From positions 82,268,566 to 82,288,565 of the forward strand of contig NC_057711.1 in the NCBI RefSeq assembly GCF_004010195.1: DNA of 20,000 nt, written 5' to 3'. This document shows positions 9,417 to 19,726 of the stretch, one piece after another. Below the pieces are notes generated by a model. That model made no database searches. It had not been told where the DNA came from and worked only from the letters and a program-made list of their open reading frames with translations. This stretch comes from Chiloscyllium plagiosum. Its lineage: Eukaryota. The position numbers were made by a program, and so were the translations under genes. The first letter of the stretch is position 1. Every line of letters begins with the position of its first letter.

Positions 9417-10239
9417 TTTTAACAGAAGGCCTGTTTTAATAGAATCAGATATGATTTGGCCAGAGTGGATTGGGAGAGATACTTTCACATAAATCTGTGT
9501 TAATGCAATGGACTGCATTCAAGGAGGAAATAGGGAGACCCTATTTTCACATTTAAGTTCCAATAAAGACAAAAGGTGGGACCATCAAATCCTGTGGGTC
9601 CTGGATATCAAGGCAGGATATTAAGGATGAAGAGAAAGATGGAGGCTTACAGCAGACACCAAGGGCTCAAAACAGCAGAATCCCTAGAAGAGTATGGAGT
9701 ATCCAGGGGAAACATAAAAAGGAAACTAAGAGTAAAAATGGACATGAAAGAATAATGGCAGGAATATAATCCGAAGTAATTTTACAAGTATATTAAAACG
9801 ACAAATAGGAAAGAGTAGGACTCATTAAGGACCACAGTAGTAGCTTGTACATGGAAAATATAGGTAGGGTTCTAAATGAATATTCTGTCTTACTGTTCAC
9901 TAGTCACTGGGATGATGTTGGCATAGAAATTAGGGAGTAGGACTACAGGATATATTTAAAGAAATGAACAGAGACAGAGAGGACGTTCTAAGTGGTTTGG
10001 CAGACTTAAAAGTAGATAAATATCCAGGACTGGATGAAATATATCCCAGGTTGTTCAGTGAGGCAAGAGAGGAAATAACGGGGTGTTGGCAATAATTTTC
10101 AGTTCCTGTCTGGCCACAGAAAAGGAGCCAGAGGACTGGAGGACAGCCAATGTGGCATTGTTATTCAAGAAGAGAGCAAGTGATAAGCAAGGAAACAGTA
10201 GTGGATGTAGGTTTGCTCGCTGAGCTGGAAGGTTCATTT

Positions 10240-10279
10240 CCAGATGTTTCGTCACCCTACTCGGTAACATCTTCAGTGA
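10240..10279 (-). ncRNA. Hammerhead ribozyme motif (core intact, AUC triplet)
   Basis: UCA CUGAAGA U GUUACC-GAGUAG-GGUGAC GAAAC AUC UGG. Confidence 0.8.
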
Positions 10280-10600
10280 GCCTCAGACAAAACACTGCTG
10301 AATATTCCTGCTTTCTATTTATATCTTTGGGTTGGTGATGTCATTTCCTGTGGTGATGTTATTTCTTGTGGTGAAGTCACTTCCTGTTCCTTTTCTCAGG
10401 AGGTGGTAGATGGGGTCTAACTCGATGTGTTTGTTGATAGAGTTCCGGTTGGATTGCATGGTAGACCCCATCTGCCACCCCGAGAAAAGGAACAGGAAGT
10501 GACTTCACCACAGGAAATATAAATCACCACAGGAAATGATATCACCAACCCAAAGATATAAATAGAAAGCAGGAATTTTCAGCAGTGCTTCGCCTGAGGT

Positions 10601-10640
10601 CCACTGAAGATGTTACTTAGTAGGGTGATGAAAGGTCTGG
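10601..10640 (+). ncRNA. Hammerhead ribozyme motif (core intact, stem III altered)
   Basis: CCA CUGAAGA U GUUACUU-AGUA-GGGUGAU GAAAG GUC UGG. Confidence 0.78.
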
Positions 10641-11114
10641 AAATGAACCTTCCAGCTCAGCAAGCAAACCTACATCCAAACCTCAACCTGAGATACAAAT
10701 CTTCTCAAAACTCGTTAAGGAAACAGTAGGCCAATCAGTCTAATCTCAATGGTGGGGAAACTATTGGAAACAATTCTGAGGGACAAAATTAGTCTGCACT
10801 TGAGAGGCAATGATTAATCAAGAACAGTTAGAATGGCTTTGTTAAGGGGATGTCAGTGTCTGACCAACTTGACTGAATTTTTCAAAGAGGAAACCAGGTG
10901 CATAGTTATGTGTAATACATTCAACATGGCTTACTTGGACTTCAGCAAAGCTTCTGATAAAAGTCCCATGTAGAAGACTGATAGAGAGAGTAAGAACTCA
11001 TGGGCTCCAAGGAAATTTGGATAATTTGGATCCACAATTGGCTGATTGGCAGGAAGCAGAGCTTGATGGTCAAGGTGGGTTCCATAACGATTCACTTTGG
11101 AGCCCTTGCTGTTG

Positions 11115-11621
11115 TATTGTAAAACTTGAAAGGGTTCAAAATGATTTACTAGAATGTTGCCAGGTTTGCAGGATTTGTGCTATAGGTAGAGGCGGAATAG
11201 GTTGGGGCTGTTTTCCCTGGAGCGTCGGAAACTGAGGGGTGACCTTAATAGAGGTTTATGAAACCCTGAGGGGCATGGATGGGATAAATAGACAAGGTCT
11301 TTTCTCTGGGGTGGGGGAATCCAGAACTAGAGGGCATGGATTTAAGATGAGAGGGGAAAGATTCAAAAGGGACCTAAGGGGCAACTTATTTTACGCAGAG
11401 GGTGGTACATGTACAGAATGAGCTGCCAGAGGAAGTGGAGGACGCTGGTATAATTACAACATTTAAAAGGCATCTGGATGGTTATATAAACAGGAATGAT
11501 TTAGAGGGATATGGGCTGGGTATTGGCAAATGTGACTAGATTTATTCAGAATGTCTGGTTCGTATGGACGCATTTGACTGAAGGATCTGTTTCTGTGCTG
11601 TACATCTTTGTGATTTTATGA
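11115..11621 (+). mobile_element. CR1 LINE 3' end (better-preserved copy nested in the older CR1)
   Basis: KLERVQ...RLGLFSLERRKLRGDL.EVY...SRTRGHGFKMRGERFKRDLRGN, then a CR1-type 3' UTR ending ctgtttctgtgctgtacatctttgtgattttatga. Confidence 0.88.
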
Positions 11622-12264
11622 TGAATGGTAGGACCCTGGGAAACTGTGAGGATCAGTGGGACTTTGGTGTGCATGTCCACTCATCCCTTAAGGTAGCAGG
11701 ACAGATAGATAAATTGATTAAGGCAGCATTGAGACACTTGGCTTTATTAGCTGAGCGAGATAGTTTACAGCAGGAAGGTAACGTTGGAGCCATATAAATC
11801 ATTGGTTAGGCCACAGCTAGAGCTTTGTGTGAAGTTCTGGAATCCACATTATTTGTATTTGCACTGGCGAGGGTGCAGAGATTTACCAAGATGTTTTCTG
11901 GGCTGGAGTGTTTTAAATATGAAGAGATTAGATAGAATGGTGTTTTTCTTGGAGCGGAGGAAACTGTAAAGGGGATATGATTAAGATTTATAAGGGGTGG
12001 TGGGATCAACGACCAGGTAAAAGGCATAGGTTTAAGGTAAAGAACAGGCAATTTGGGTGAAAATATTTTCCTCATATCCCTTCCAATCTGGAACACTGCC
12101 TGTCGAAGTAGAAACCTTCATAACATTTACAAGTACTCAGATGTACATTTGTGATGTCATGGTGTATAAAATTATAGACCAAATGCTGGAAAATAGGTAG
12201 TAGTTGTTTTTGACCTGTGACTAATCAATGGCCTTTTTCTGCGCCATGGATCCCTATGACTCTA
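11622..12264 (+). mobile_element. CR1 LINE ORF2 C-terminus plus 3' UTR, decayed (probably continues 9422-11090)
   Basis: DFGVHVHSSLKVAGQ, YKSLVRPQLELCVKFWNPHY and FFLERRKL motifs; ends in ctatgactcta. Confidence 0.82.
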
Positions 12265-13099
12265 AATGACAAGAGTTTGAGCAAATCCCTGATCCTTAAT
12301 CTCAATTTAAACTTGAACATCACCTGTGAATTAAGTTGTAGTGATAATTATTTTAAGTATCACAATGTACTCACACCTGATTTCCAACTTTTCTGATGTA
12401 TAGTTTCAAGTTTGTGGGTGTTTGCTATTCCTCGTGTCTCCAGAATTGGAATGTTCAGTAACTTGGTGAAGATTATTTCAAATGTTTCCATTTTTCACTT
12501 TGTTTGGAAACAAAAGGCTTGTTAGAATATCCTACATTTTCAGGCCAATGCATGTTAGCAAATCTATTCTAGGAACATGGAATTCCTACAGCATAGAAGC
12601 AGGCCATTCACTGTTCAGAATACAGTCTTGCTGTTTAAGAAGCCATTTCACCAGTCCATGATGAAAATGTTTAAAAATTAACTCTACTATCGACAAGTCT
12701 TCTCAAAATAACTCAGGAGATCTGTGATAACCATCAGTTCTTTCTTAACAGGAGGATGACTCTAGTGGGCAATTGGACTTACGGAACCAATACTCAAAGA
12801 ACCAGTGCTGTTATATCATAATACCTCACAGGCAAAATAGGAGCCCATCCTTAATTAACAGCTTGCCTGACACCTTTGACAGGGCCACATGCAAAACTTC
12901 AAAACGTAATGACAAAACAGTTTTGAGGTTGATGCCTCTAAACAGAACCCATAAAATACAAGACAAAAGAAAATTACAAAGGACAAAGTGTTCCATTCAC
13001 TGATTGCAACATTCTTCTCCTGCGATGAGTCATGCTAAGTAATGAATTACAGATACAACTGAATTGTAGACAAGGTCAAAAATAAATAGAAAGAGACCT

Positions 13100-13335
13100 A
13101 AAAAGTTTTGGTCAAGAGATAAATAGGGATATAAGAAGAATTTGTTTTCACACAATGAATGACAATGGTCTGCAATACCACCTACAACTATGGTAAAAAT
13201 GGAGACAATGAATGATGTTTTAAAAATTGAATGAGTGGGGTTACAGTGGACAATTTGAATGGAATGAATTGCTCTACAGATATATGGTATTATTTGATGG
13301 GCTGAATGGCCCCCTCTCTGCCATAATGTATTTAT
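13100..13335 (+). mobile_element. Highly decayed CR1 3' end
   Basis: agggatataagaagaatttgttttcacaca...gatgggctgaatggcc resembles the other CR1 tails in the window. Confidence 0.6.
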
Positions 13336-13896
13336 GAATAAGGGACATTAAAAAACTGCTTGGAAATACAGCAACGTCTTTTGTTGCATCTCTTTTCATG
13401 TATTTAATGTTCAAATTGCCTTAAATACCGCCTGGTACAAACCAGCAAAATTGATATATTTTACATTATATGACGCATGCTCAAAATTATATTCATATTA
13501 TGATTTATAAATATCTGAGTGATCTAAAGTACTCCACTTCAGCACTGAAGTTTTCATTTGGCATCAGGGGATTTGATTCCATTACTACCTGGATGTCCAT
13601 TCCACATTGCTCACTGTGAACAACTTCCTGATACCAATTCTAAACGTATTTTATTATCCAAATTCCGTGGTTCCTATTTCTATTCTCAGCTTAATTTCAA
13701 ACAATTTATCAAAATTTTACCAAAGTTAAACTGCTAAATACCTCTCAAAAATTACCTCTCAAAACATCTTTCAAATCTCAAGAGTTCAAGTTTTTTCAGC
13801 CTTCACAACAGACCCTGGGATTATCCTTCTGGTTCATCCCAGCACCACTTGTCTTGGTGGAGACAGCTTAAAGTGCATCTGACCACAGTGCTGTTC

Positions 13897-14236
13897 AGTC
13901 AGAGTTATACAGCACAGAAACGGACCTTTCGGTCCAACATATCCATACTAACCAGATATCATAAATTAACCTAATCCCATTTGCCAGCATTTGACCCATA
14001 TCTCTCTAAAACCATCCTATTCATATACTCATCAAGATGCATTTCAAATGTTATAGTTGTACCAGTCCCCACCACCTCCTCTGGTAGCTCATTCCATACA
14101 CCCACCGTGTGTGAAAGATTTGCCCCTTAGATCGCTTTTATATCTTTCCCCGCCCACCTTAAACACATGGCCTCTAACTTTGGACTCCCCTACCCTGTGA
14201 AAATGAACTTAACTTTTCACCCTATCCACATCCCTG
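13897..14236 (-). mobile_element. CR1 LINE 3' end
   Basis: Reverse-complement similarity to 11270-11615 (tacagcacagaaacggacctttcggtccaac...ctctggtagctcattccataca...cctatccaca). Confidence 0.85.
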
Positions 14237-14797
14237 TAGTTTGTTCTTCACCAACAGATATTTTAAAACCTGATGATTTAAGCTATTATTACGGGCAAGT
14301 TCCCTCCCTCCTGCCCTTGCTGCTCTCCCAATCATAAACTTCTGTCCCTGGAGAAGCAGCAAGAACAGGAGGAAGGAAACCTGTGAATAGAAGAGCTGGA
14401 GTAGCAGGCAGAAGATAAACAGAATCTCTGATTGGAGAAGCATCTCTAGTTCTCTGAAACTCTCGGTTAATTTGATCGCAAGTCTACAGTCAGTGCCCAG
14501 TTTCACTGAATGACGGAAGGATTCAGCACTTTTTTTTAAGTCTAACTGCAAAGATGGGGACAAAATTTTTAAATGGCGGATTTTGGAGATGCCAATGACA
14601 GAAATTTACAAGACCACTTGCAAGCACCAGCACACTCCTCCATGACTTCTCAATGCTGGGTATCACCATTCCTCATTATCAGTAGCTATCAAAGAAGTTC
14701 TGATGAAAATTTTAAGCTTTAGTCAATGCTCATGGCAATAGTGCAACGCTGACGATCTGGTAGCTGGTCAACAACAAAAATATAACATCTTTAATTG

Positions 14798-14930
14798 TGG
14801 CTTTCAAAAGCAAGCAAAAGGAACTGAAGGGGGAAAAATATGCACACCTACTGGGAAAGGAAGAGTAGGACTAGCAAAACTGCACTTGGAGACAGCCAGC
14901 ACAGGCTTGATTTGCCAAAACACACTTGCT
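14798..14930 (+). mobile_element. Possible decayed CR1-group 3' UTR
   Basis: gctttcaaaag...agccagcacaggcttgatttgccaaa resembles CR1 tail wording; short and diverged. Confidence 0.4.
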
Positions 14931-16164
14931 CTCCTGAGAGATGCAAGATGTGTGTCTTATACGTATTTTAATATGTTTATTTTGGATTTTTGAATTTTTA
15001 ATGATTGTCATATGAGTTTTCTGTGTCTCAAGGGTTTAATGCTAACTTGATACTATTTCTGTAGCCAGTGATTTCTTTTAAAATAGTATATTAGAGCATC
15101 TTCCTGCAGAGTGGTGTAGTTTGTTTACAAGGGAACAAAGTGAGCAGCGTAATGCATCTAGCTTTCAAATAGATTTTTGAGTTTGGGAAAACATCCATAG
15201 TTTGAAAGAAAGCTTTATAGTCTCAATTTGGGCAGGGTTGCAGAGGTCTTGACCAAAGCTAGGCATGCAAAACAGTTACTTCTGAGAAAAGGAACAGGTA
15301 ACCTCAGTGTAAGGATTTTAATTTAAAAATTCCAGGCCAGAAATGTTCAGTTAAAACCCTGAAGGGGTTATGAGGCTTAGAAAGTCTTAAGCTCAGGCTT
15401 TTGATTAATCAAAGAAGACACAATTAGATCCTCTCAATGAGGAATTGGAGCCACAGCTAAGTCAATCTTATGTGGGATACAGAAGGAATTCTCACTAGTG
15501 TTTTGAGTACTATAATGGTATTGTAATTACAGGTTGTTTTGCTGTAACAGGCCTTTTGTTAATGAAAATTCACTATAACATGATTGACGAATTAGGGACA
15601 CTTTTTATAGCATGAACTTTTAAAGCATGTATTGGTTATAATGCAATTCTGACTCCATCAGTTTAAATGGTGCTATTACACAATTTTCTTATAACAAGGG
15701 GTTGCAGAAGAATAGAATTACTACGTTGTAGCAGAACTGACTGTAATGGGATTGCATTTTCACTGTGTTTCAAAATCTTTAAAAATGTTATTTGTAAATA
15801 GTTTGGTTTATTATATTTTATCAATTTATTTAGCATAAATAAATTATGTTTCATTGTTAAAACTGAATTTGCATGGCATGTTTGTGGTGGTGAATTACAA
15901 CGGAGTGTCGTTAATGTATGTGTGGAATCTGACACTATTCAGATGATATTTTAATTAACATGAATGGGCTAAGGATAGATTTTTGGGGCACACCAGGGGT
16001 GTTCAAACTTGGTCATGTGGGAAGGTAAGAGTTGAGGGAGAAAGGATGAATGGAACTAAACTGGCATCCATGTGTGAACTGAGAAGGAGTTGATAACAGC
16101 AGATATGAAATAGAAGGTACCAGTATTGAAGGAGGAACAAATTACATTATCTTCCCTTCCTTGT

Positions 16165-16508
16165 TAGGTCAGTATGGAAACATTCGCTGATGACTGCACA
16201 ATATTCAGCCACATTTCTGACTCAATAGTGAAGCAGTTCTTGTCCATATGCAAAAAGACAAACATCCAAGCCAGAGTTGACAATTAATATTACTTACCAC
16301 CAGTATGACATGAAGGACCATCACCAACAAGACAGAATCTAAACATCATCCTTGACATTCAATGGCATTACCATCACTGCAACTCCCACTATCAACATCA
16401 TTGGGATTACCACTGATGAAAAGCTGAACCAGACCAATCATATAAATACTGTGATTACAAGAACAGGCTAGAATTTCTGAAGTAACTCACCTCCTGTCTC
16501 CCAAATGC
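16165..16508 (+). mobile_element. Decayed non-LTR retrotransposon RT fragment (CR1/L2 group, a different family from the other CR1s)
   Basis: ttcgctgatgactgcacaatattc translates to FADDCTIF (catalytic xADD); downstream LTFNGITI and LGxT-like motifs. Confidence 0.7.
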
Positions 16509-17024
16509 TTACACTTCCTCATACCCTGCTTTCTGTAAAGATTCCATTCATCCTGACATTCTCAGTCTCCTCCGCATCTGTTCTAACATTGCTACCTTCT
16601 GCTGGGGTGCCTCCAAAAGTTCCTCAACTGAGGATTTCTCTCCATGGTGGTTGATAAGACCTTCTGCCATGCTCGACTCATTTTCTGCACATGCTCCGCA
16701 CACCAGCATTCAAAGGATCATCGTCTGCCATTTCTGCTATCTCCAGTCGTATTTACCACCAAAAACATCTTTCCCTTCTCTGTAAGCATTCTACAGAGAC
16801 CATTCCCTCTCCACCACCCTGGTCACTCCTGTATTACTCCAAACATTCCTCTCTGCCCCCATCCCCACCATGGCATCTTTCCATGCAATTCCAGAAATTA
16901 TAACACACCTCCTCTTTCCAAGACCCCAAACATACTTTCTCGGTGACATGATATTTTACTTTTACTTCTTTCAATTTAGTGTATGGTATTTCTTGCTCAC
17001 AATGGGGTCTCCTATACATTAGGT

Positions 17025-17471
17025 GAAAGTGAGGTACTGCAGATGCTGGAGATCAGAATCAAGATTAGAGTTGTGCTGGAAAAGCACAGCAAGTCAGGCA
17101 GCATCCAAGCAGGAAAACTGACGTTCTGGCAAAAGCCCTTCATCAGGAATGAGGCTAGGAGCATCCAGGGTGGAGAGATCAATGGATGAGGAAACTGGTG
17201 AAGTGCACATTGATGCCCTGGTGTTCAAGTGTTCTGAGCCAGAAAATGAGGTGTCTTTCCCCCAGGTGTCGGGTGGTGAGGGAGTGGTAGTAAAGGAGGC
17301 CCAGACCTGCGTGTCCTCGGAAGAGTGAAAGGGGGCAGTTGAAATGTTCGGCCATGGGGCAGTGGGATTGATTGGTGCGAGTGTCCCGGAAACGTTCCTG
17401 AAGTGCTCTGCGAGAAGGCATCCAGTCTCCCCAATGTAAAGGGGCACCGCAACGGGAGCAATGGATATAAT
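17025..17471 (-). mobile_element. Neptune-like PLE 3' fragment (related to 8413-9416), nested antisense
   Basis: YIHCSRCG..LYIGETGCLLAEHFR...PMAEHFN...ERHLIFWLRTLEHQGINVHFTSFLI with frameshifts. Pseudo-LTR is similar to 8418-8570. Confidence 0.88.
17116..17150 (-). ncRNA. Degenerate hammerhead ribozyme motif
   Basis: AUUC CUGAUGA A GGGC-UUUU-GCCA GAAC GUC; the GAAA box is damaged. Confidence 0.65.
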
Positions 17472-17939
17472 GAAACAAAACGCAGACTAATTGACTGTTT
17501 TGCAAAACATCTTTGCTCTGACCTTCCAGTTGCTTGCCAGTTCAATAAACCATCCTGCTATCATGTAACATTTCCATCCTGGACCTGCTACAGTTTCCAA
17601 CAAAACATAACACCATCTGGAGGAACAAAACCTCATTTTCCACTCATGCACTTTACAGTCTCTAGAACATAAACAGTGAATAACTACAACTTCAGTGCAT
17701 GATCTCCATCCTCCATTTTATTACTCACCCCAGCCGTGTCTTGTTGCTTTGCTCTCAGCAGAATGGACCAATTTTTTTCCTTTTCACAACTATTGTATAT
17801 TCACCTACTTTAGATCCCAGTCTTTCCTTCCCACCATCAGCACACCCATTGTATTTTTCTCTGGGCACCCTCAGCTCTGCTTCTCTCGCTCCTCCTCTCC
17901 CTTTCAGTACCATAGAACCATCATTTTCCAGCCTCTTTC

Positions 17940-17977
17940 AGTTCTGAAGAGCCTTCATCAGACTCAAACCATTAACT
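17940..17977 (+). ncRNA. Strongly degenerate hammerhead remnant
   Basis: AGUU CUGAAGA ... GACUC AAACC AUU AACU. Stem I (AGUU/AACU) and the first box survive; stem II and GAAA do not. Position matches the other PLE ends. Confidence 0.45.
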
Positions 17978-18259
17978 CCGTTTCTCTCTCCACAGATACT
18001 GCCAGGCTTGCTGTGTTTTGGCAACATTTTCTGTTTTAGTCTGTGAAATAAATGTTGTGACCTATCTCAAGACGAATGAACAAAACTGGATTTGGGTTAG
18101 TTAATTAAGAGCTAACCCATCTCTACAAAGTAATAACTATAGGAGGAGCTGCAAAACCGTGAGTAATCAAGATCCAGTATTGGTGCTTGAAAAGAAGTGG
18201 TGTATGTGCTTGTGTGTGCTCATGCACGTATATGCACACAAAATATGTCAATATTGGGT

Positions 18260-19214
18260 AAATTAAACTTCATTGTAATTTATTGGTATGTATTAAAAGT
18301 TTGGCATTTTAACATGCTTCAGTACTGATCAACAAAATATGAACTACTTCATATTCCAGAAACACAGGCTGGGTTACTTACAGATGCCCTTTTATTTTGT
18401 ACATGCTCATAAGTACGGTAAGGATTGTAGGGAAACTGACTATTTTCCAACTTAACACGAAAGTCAAATATAGTCAGGACCACAAGAAAGAGAATCGTTC
18501 TTACATTATTATGAAAACCTTGCTCAACCTTGCCCTTATTTGGATGAACACAGCTTTCCATGCCTCATGGAGTTATGAATGGAAACTTCTCTGAAACCCC
18601 ACAAACTAATGTTACTAGAAATTATTTATTTCCCTCTTATCTCTCCTGTCCTTTTCTAAGTTGGTTCTTGTGAAGTTAAATGAAAATATTGGAGCATACA
18701 TTATAACCTCACATCATCTTGTACATTTTTTAGTTTCAATGTATATTGTCAAATACAGTCAATGAGATGGCTGTAAACAATGTACTTACTCACTTATTAA
18801 CAGGCTATAAATCCTGCCTAAAGCAGTCATTAATCAATCAAAAATAACTTTTGAAAACCAAAAAAATTTTTTTTTTTTTAAGACATCACTTCAAATCTCT
18901 GTAATACTAAAGCAGAAGTTAACCACCCAAACATCATTCAGTTTTTGGTACCATGACAGTTCCGTCAGAAGTGCAACAAAATAAGATGTTTCCTCTTGGT
19001 CTGAGGAGTGGGAAGTTTTCACAAAAGTTTAAACAAGTGCAAAACAAATTAATGGCAAAATCCAATGGCTTTGCAAGAACTAGAAATATCCATGATGGCA
19101 CCCTGAAGGAAGGCTTTATATTGTGGAGATTTTTTTTGCGTTGGGCTTCACAGTACGCAAATGTTGCAATCTTCAGTGATCCAATTCAGACATTTTCTTC
19201 CCTTTTTTGCCTCC
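18260..19214 (-). other. Candidate terminal exon and 3' UTR of an unidentified host gene
   Basis: Acceptor-like aatttttctctcttggattctgtag|G at 19215/19214, short open frames, about 900 bp of repeat-free AT-rich sequence, and AATAAA at 18625-18630, 18391-18396 and 18279-18284. Confidence 0.35.
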
Positions 19215-19726
19215 CTACAGAATCCAAGAGAGAAAAATTAAGTTTAAAATTGACACCTTTTATGGAACACTGGAATGACTATCCTGTCCTATTGAACCGA
19301 TAATAGATTAAAACATATACCAATACAAAACAGCGAGTTCCTCTTTACATCATCCATCAAAACTACTATCTAATGTTTTTGAGCTGAGGAACAAAACTTC
19401 AATTTGCTTTGCATTTCAGCTCTTTTGCAGAACAAGTCATAGTTAGAAATTTCTCATGTGCAGAGAGGTGGTAGAGAAAAAGATAATAATAATACTTTTT
19501 CAATGGTGTTCCTCTCCAGATTTTATTCTCTCCTGACTGAATTTGACACCTTGGCAAACTTCTGGGTTGGAAGTTAAGTGCTACATGGCTATAAGAGTGG
19601 TTGAATTTCTAGGAGTTTCACCAATGTTGATATCTTAATCATTGAAAACATCACATAACATGCACCACACACCTACATAACAAACTTTCTAAAAGCATAA
19701 TGCACAGTGGTCAGCATGATTCAGGC

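Larger units (their letters stand above)
10202..10716. mobile_element. Penelope-like element (second Poseidon/Penelope-type family), fold-back insertion with inverted pseudo-LTRs
   Basis: 10202-10419 is the reverse complement of 10462-10678. The loop region encodes SNRNSINKHIELDPIYH on the minus strand. Tail at 10679-10716; 13-bp TSD aaggaaacagtag at 10189-10201 and 10717-10729. Confidence 0.9.
9422..11090 (+). mobile_element. CR1 LINE ORF2 (tether plus RT N-terminal half), decayed, split by the PLE at 10202-10716
   Basis: Recognisable motifs: FNRIRYDLARVDW (~9434), VDKYPGLDEIYPR (~10012), PEDWRTANVALLFKK (~10128), GNSRPISLISMVGKLLETILRD (across the TSD), CLTNLTEFF, YLDFSKASDK, WIHNWL. Confidence 0.9.
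16509..18039 (+). mobile_element. Old Neptune-like PLE remnant, interrupted by 17025-17471
   Basis: TSSYPAFCKDSI, LRICS, AFYRDHSL, HGIFPCNSRNYNT, FTFTSFNLVYGISCSQWGLLYI | ETKRRLIDCFAKHL..DLPVACQFN. 3' end with a degenerate hammerhead and ctctctccacagatactgccag. Confidence 0.82.

Noticed and set aside
10335..10390. Short repeats (gtgatgtcatttcctgtg-like, about 3 copies) as a CRISPR-like array
   Set aside because: An ~18-bp tandem repeat with no unique spacers, inside a PLE UTR, in a eukaryotic context.
10202..10716. Interpretation of the two palindromes as DNA-transposon MITEs
   Set aside because: The arms encode PLE GIY-YIG C-terminal sequence and hammerheads, the tail is one-sided, and the TSD lengths differ (13 and 14 bp).
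14222..14563. 113-aa ORF(-) and the Glu/Gln-rich purine tract on +
   Set aside because: No recognisable domain; the plus frame has several stops and no clear exon boundaries.
18953..19303. 116-aa ORF(+)
   Set aside because: No recognisable family; splice and polyadenylation signals favour the opposite strand.
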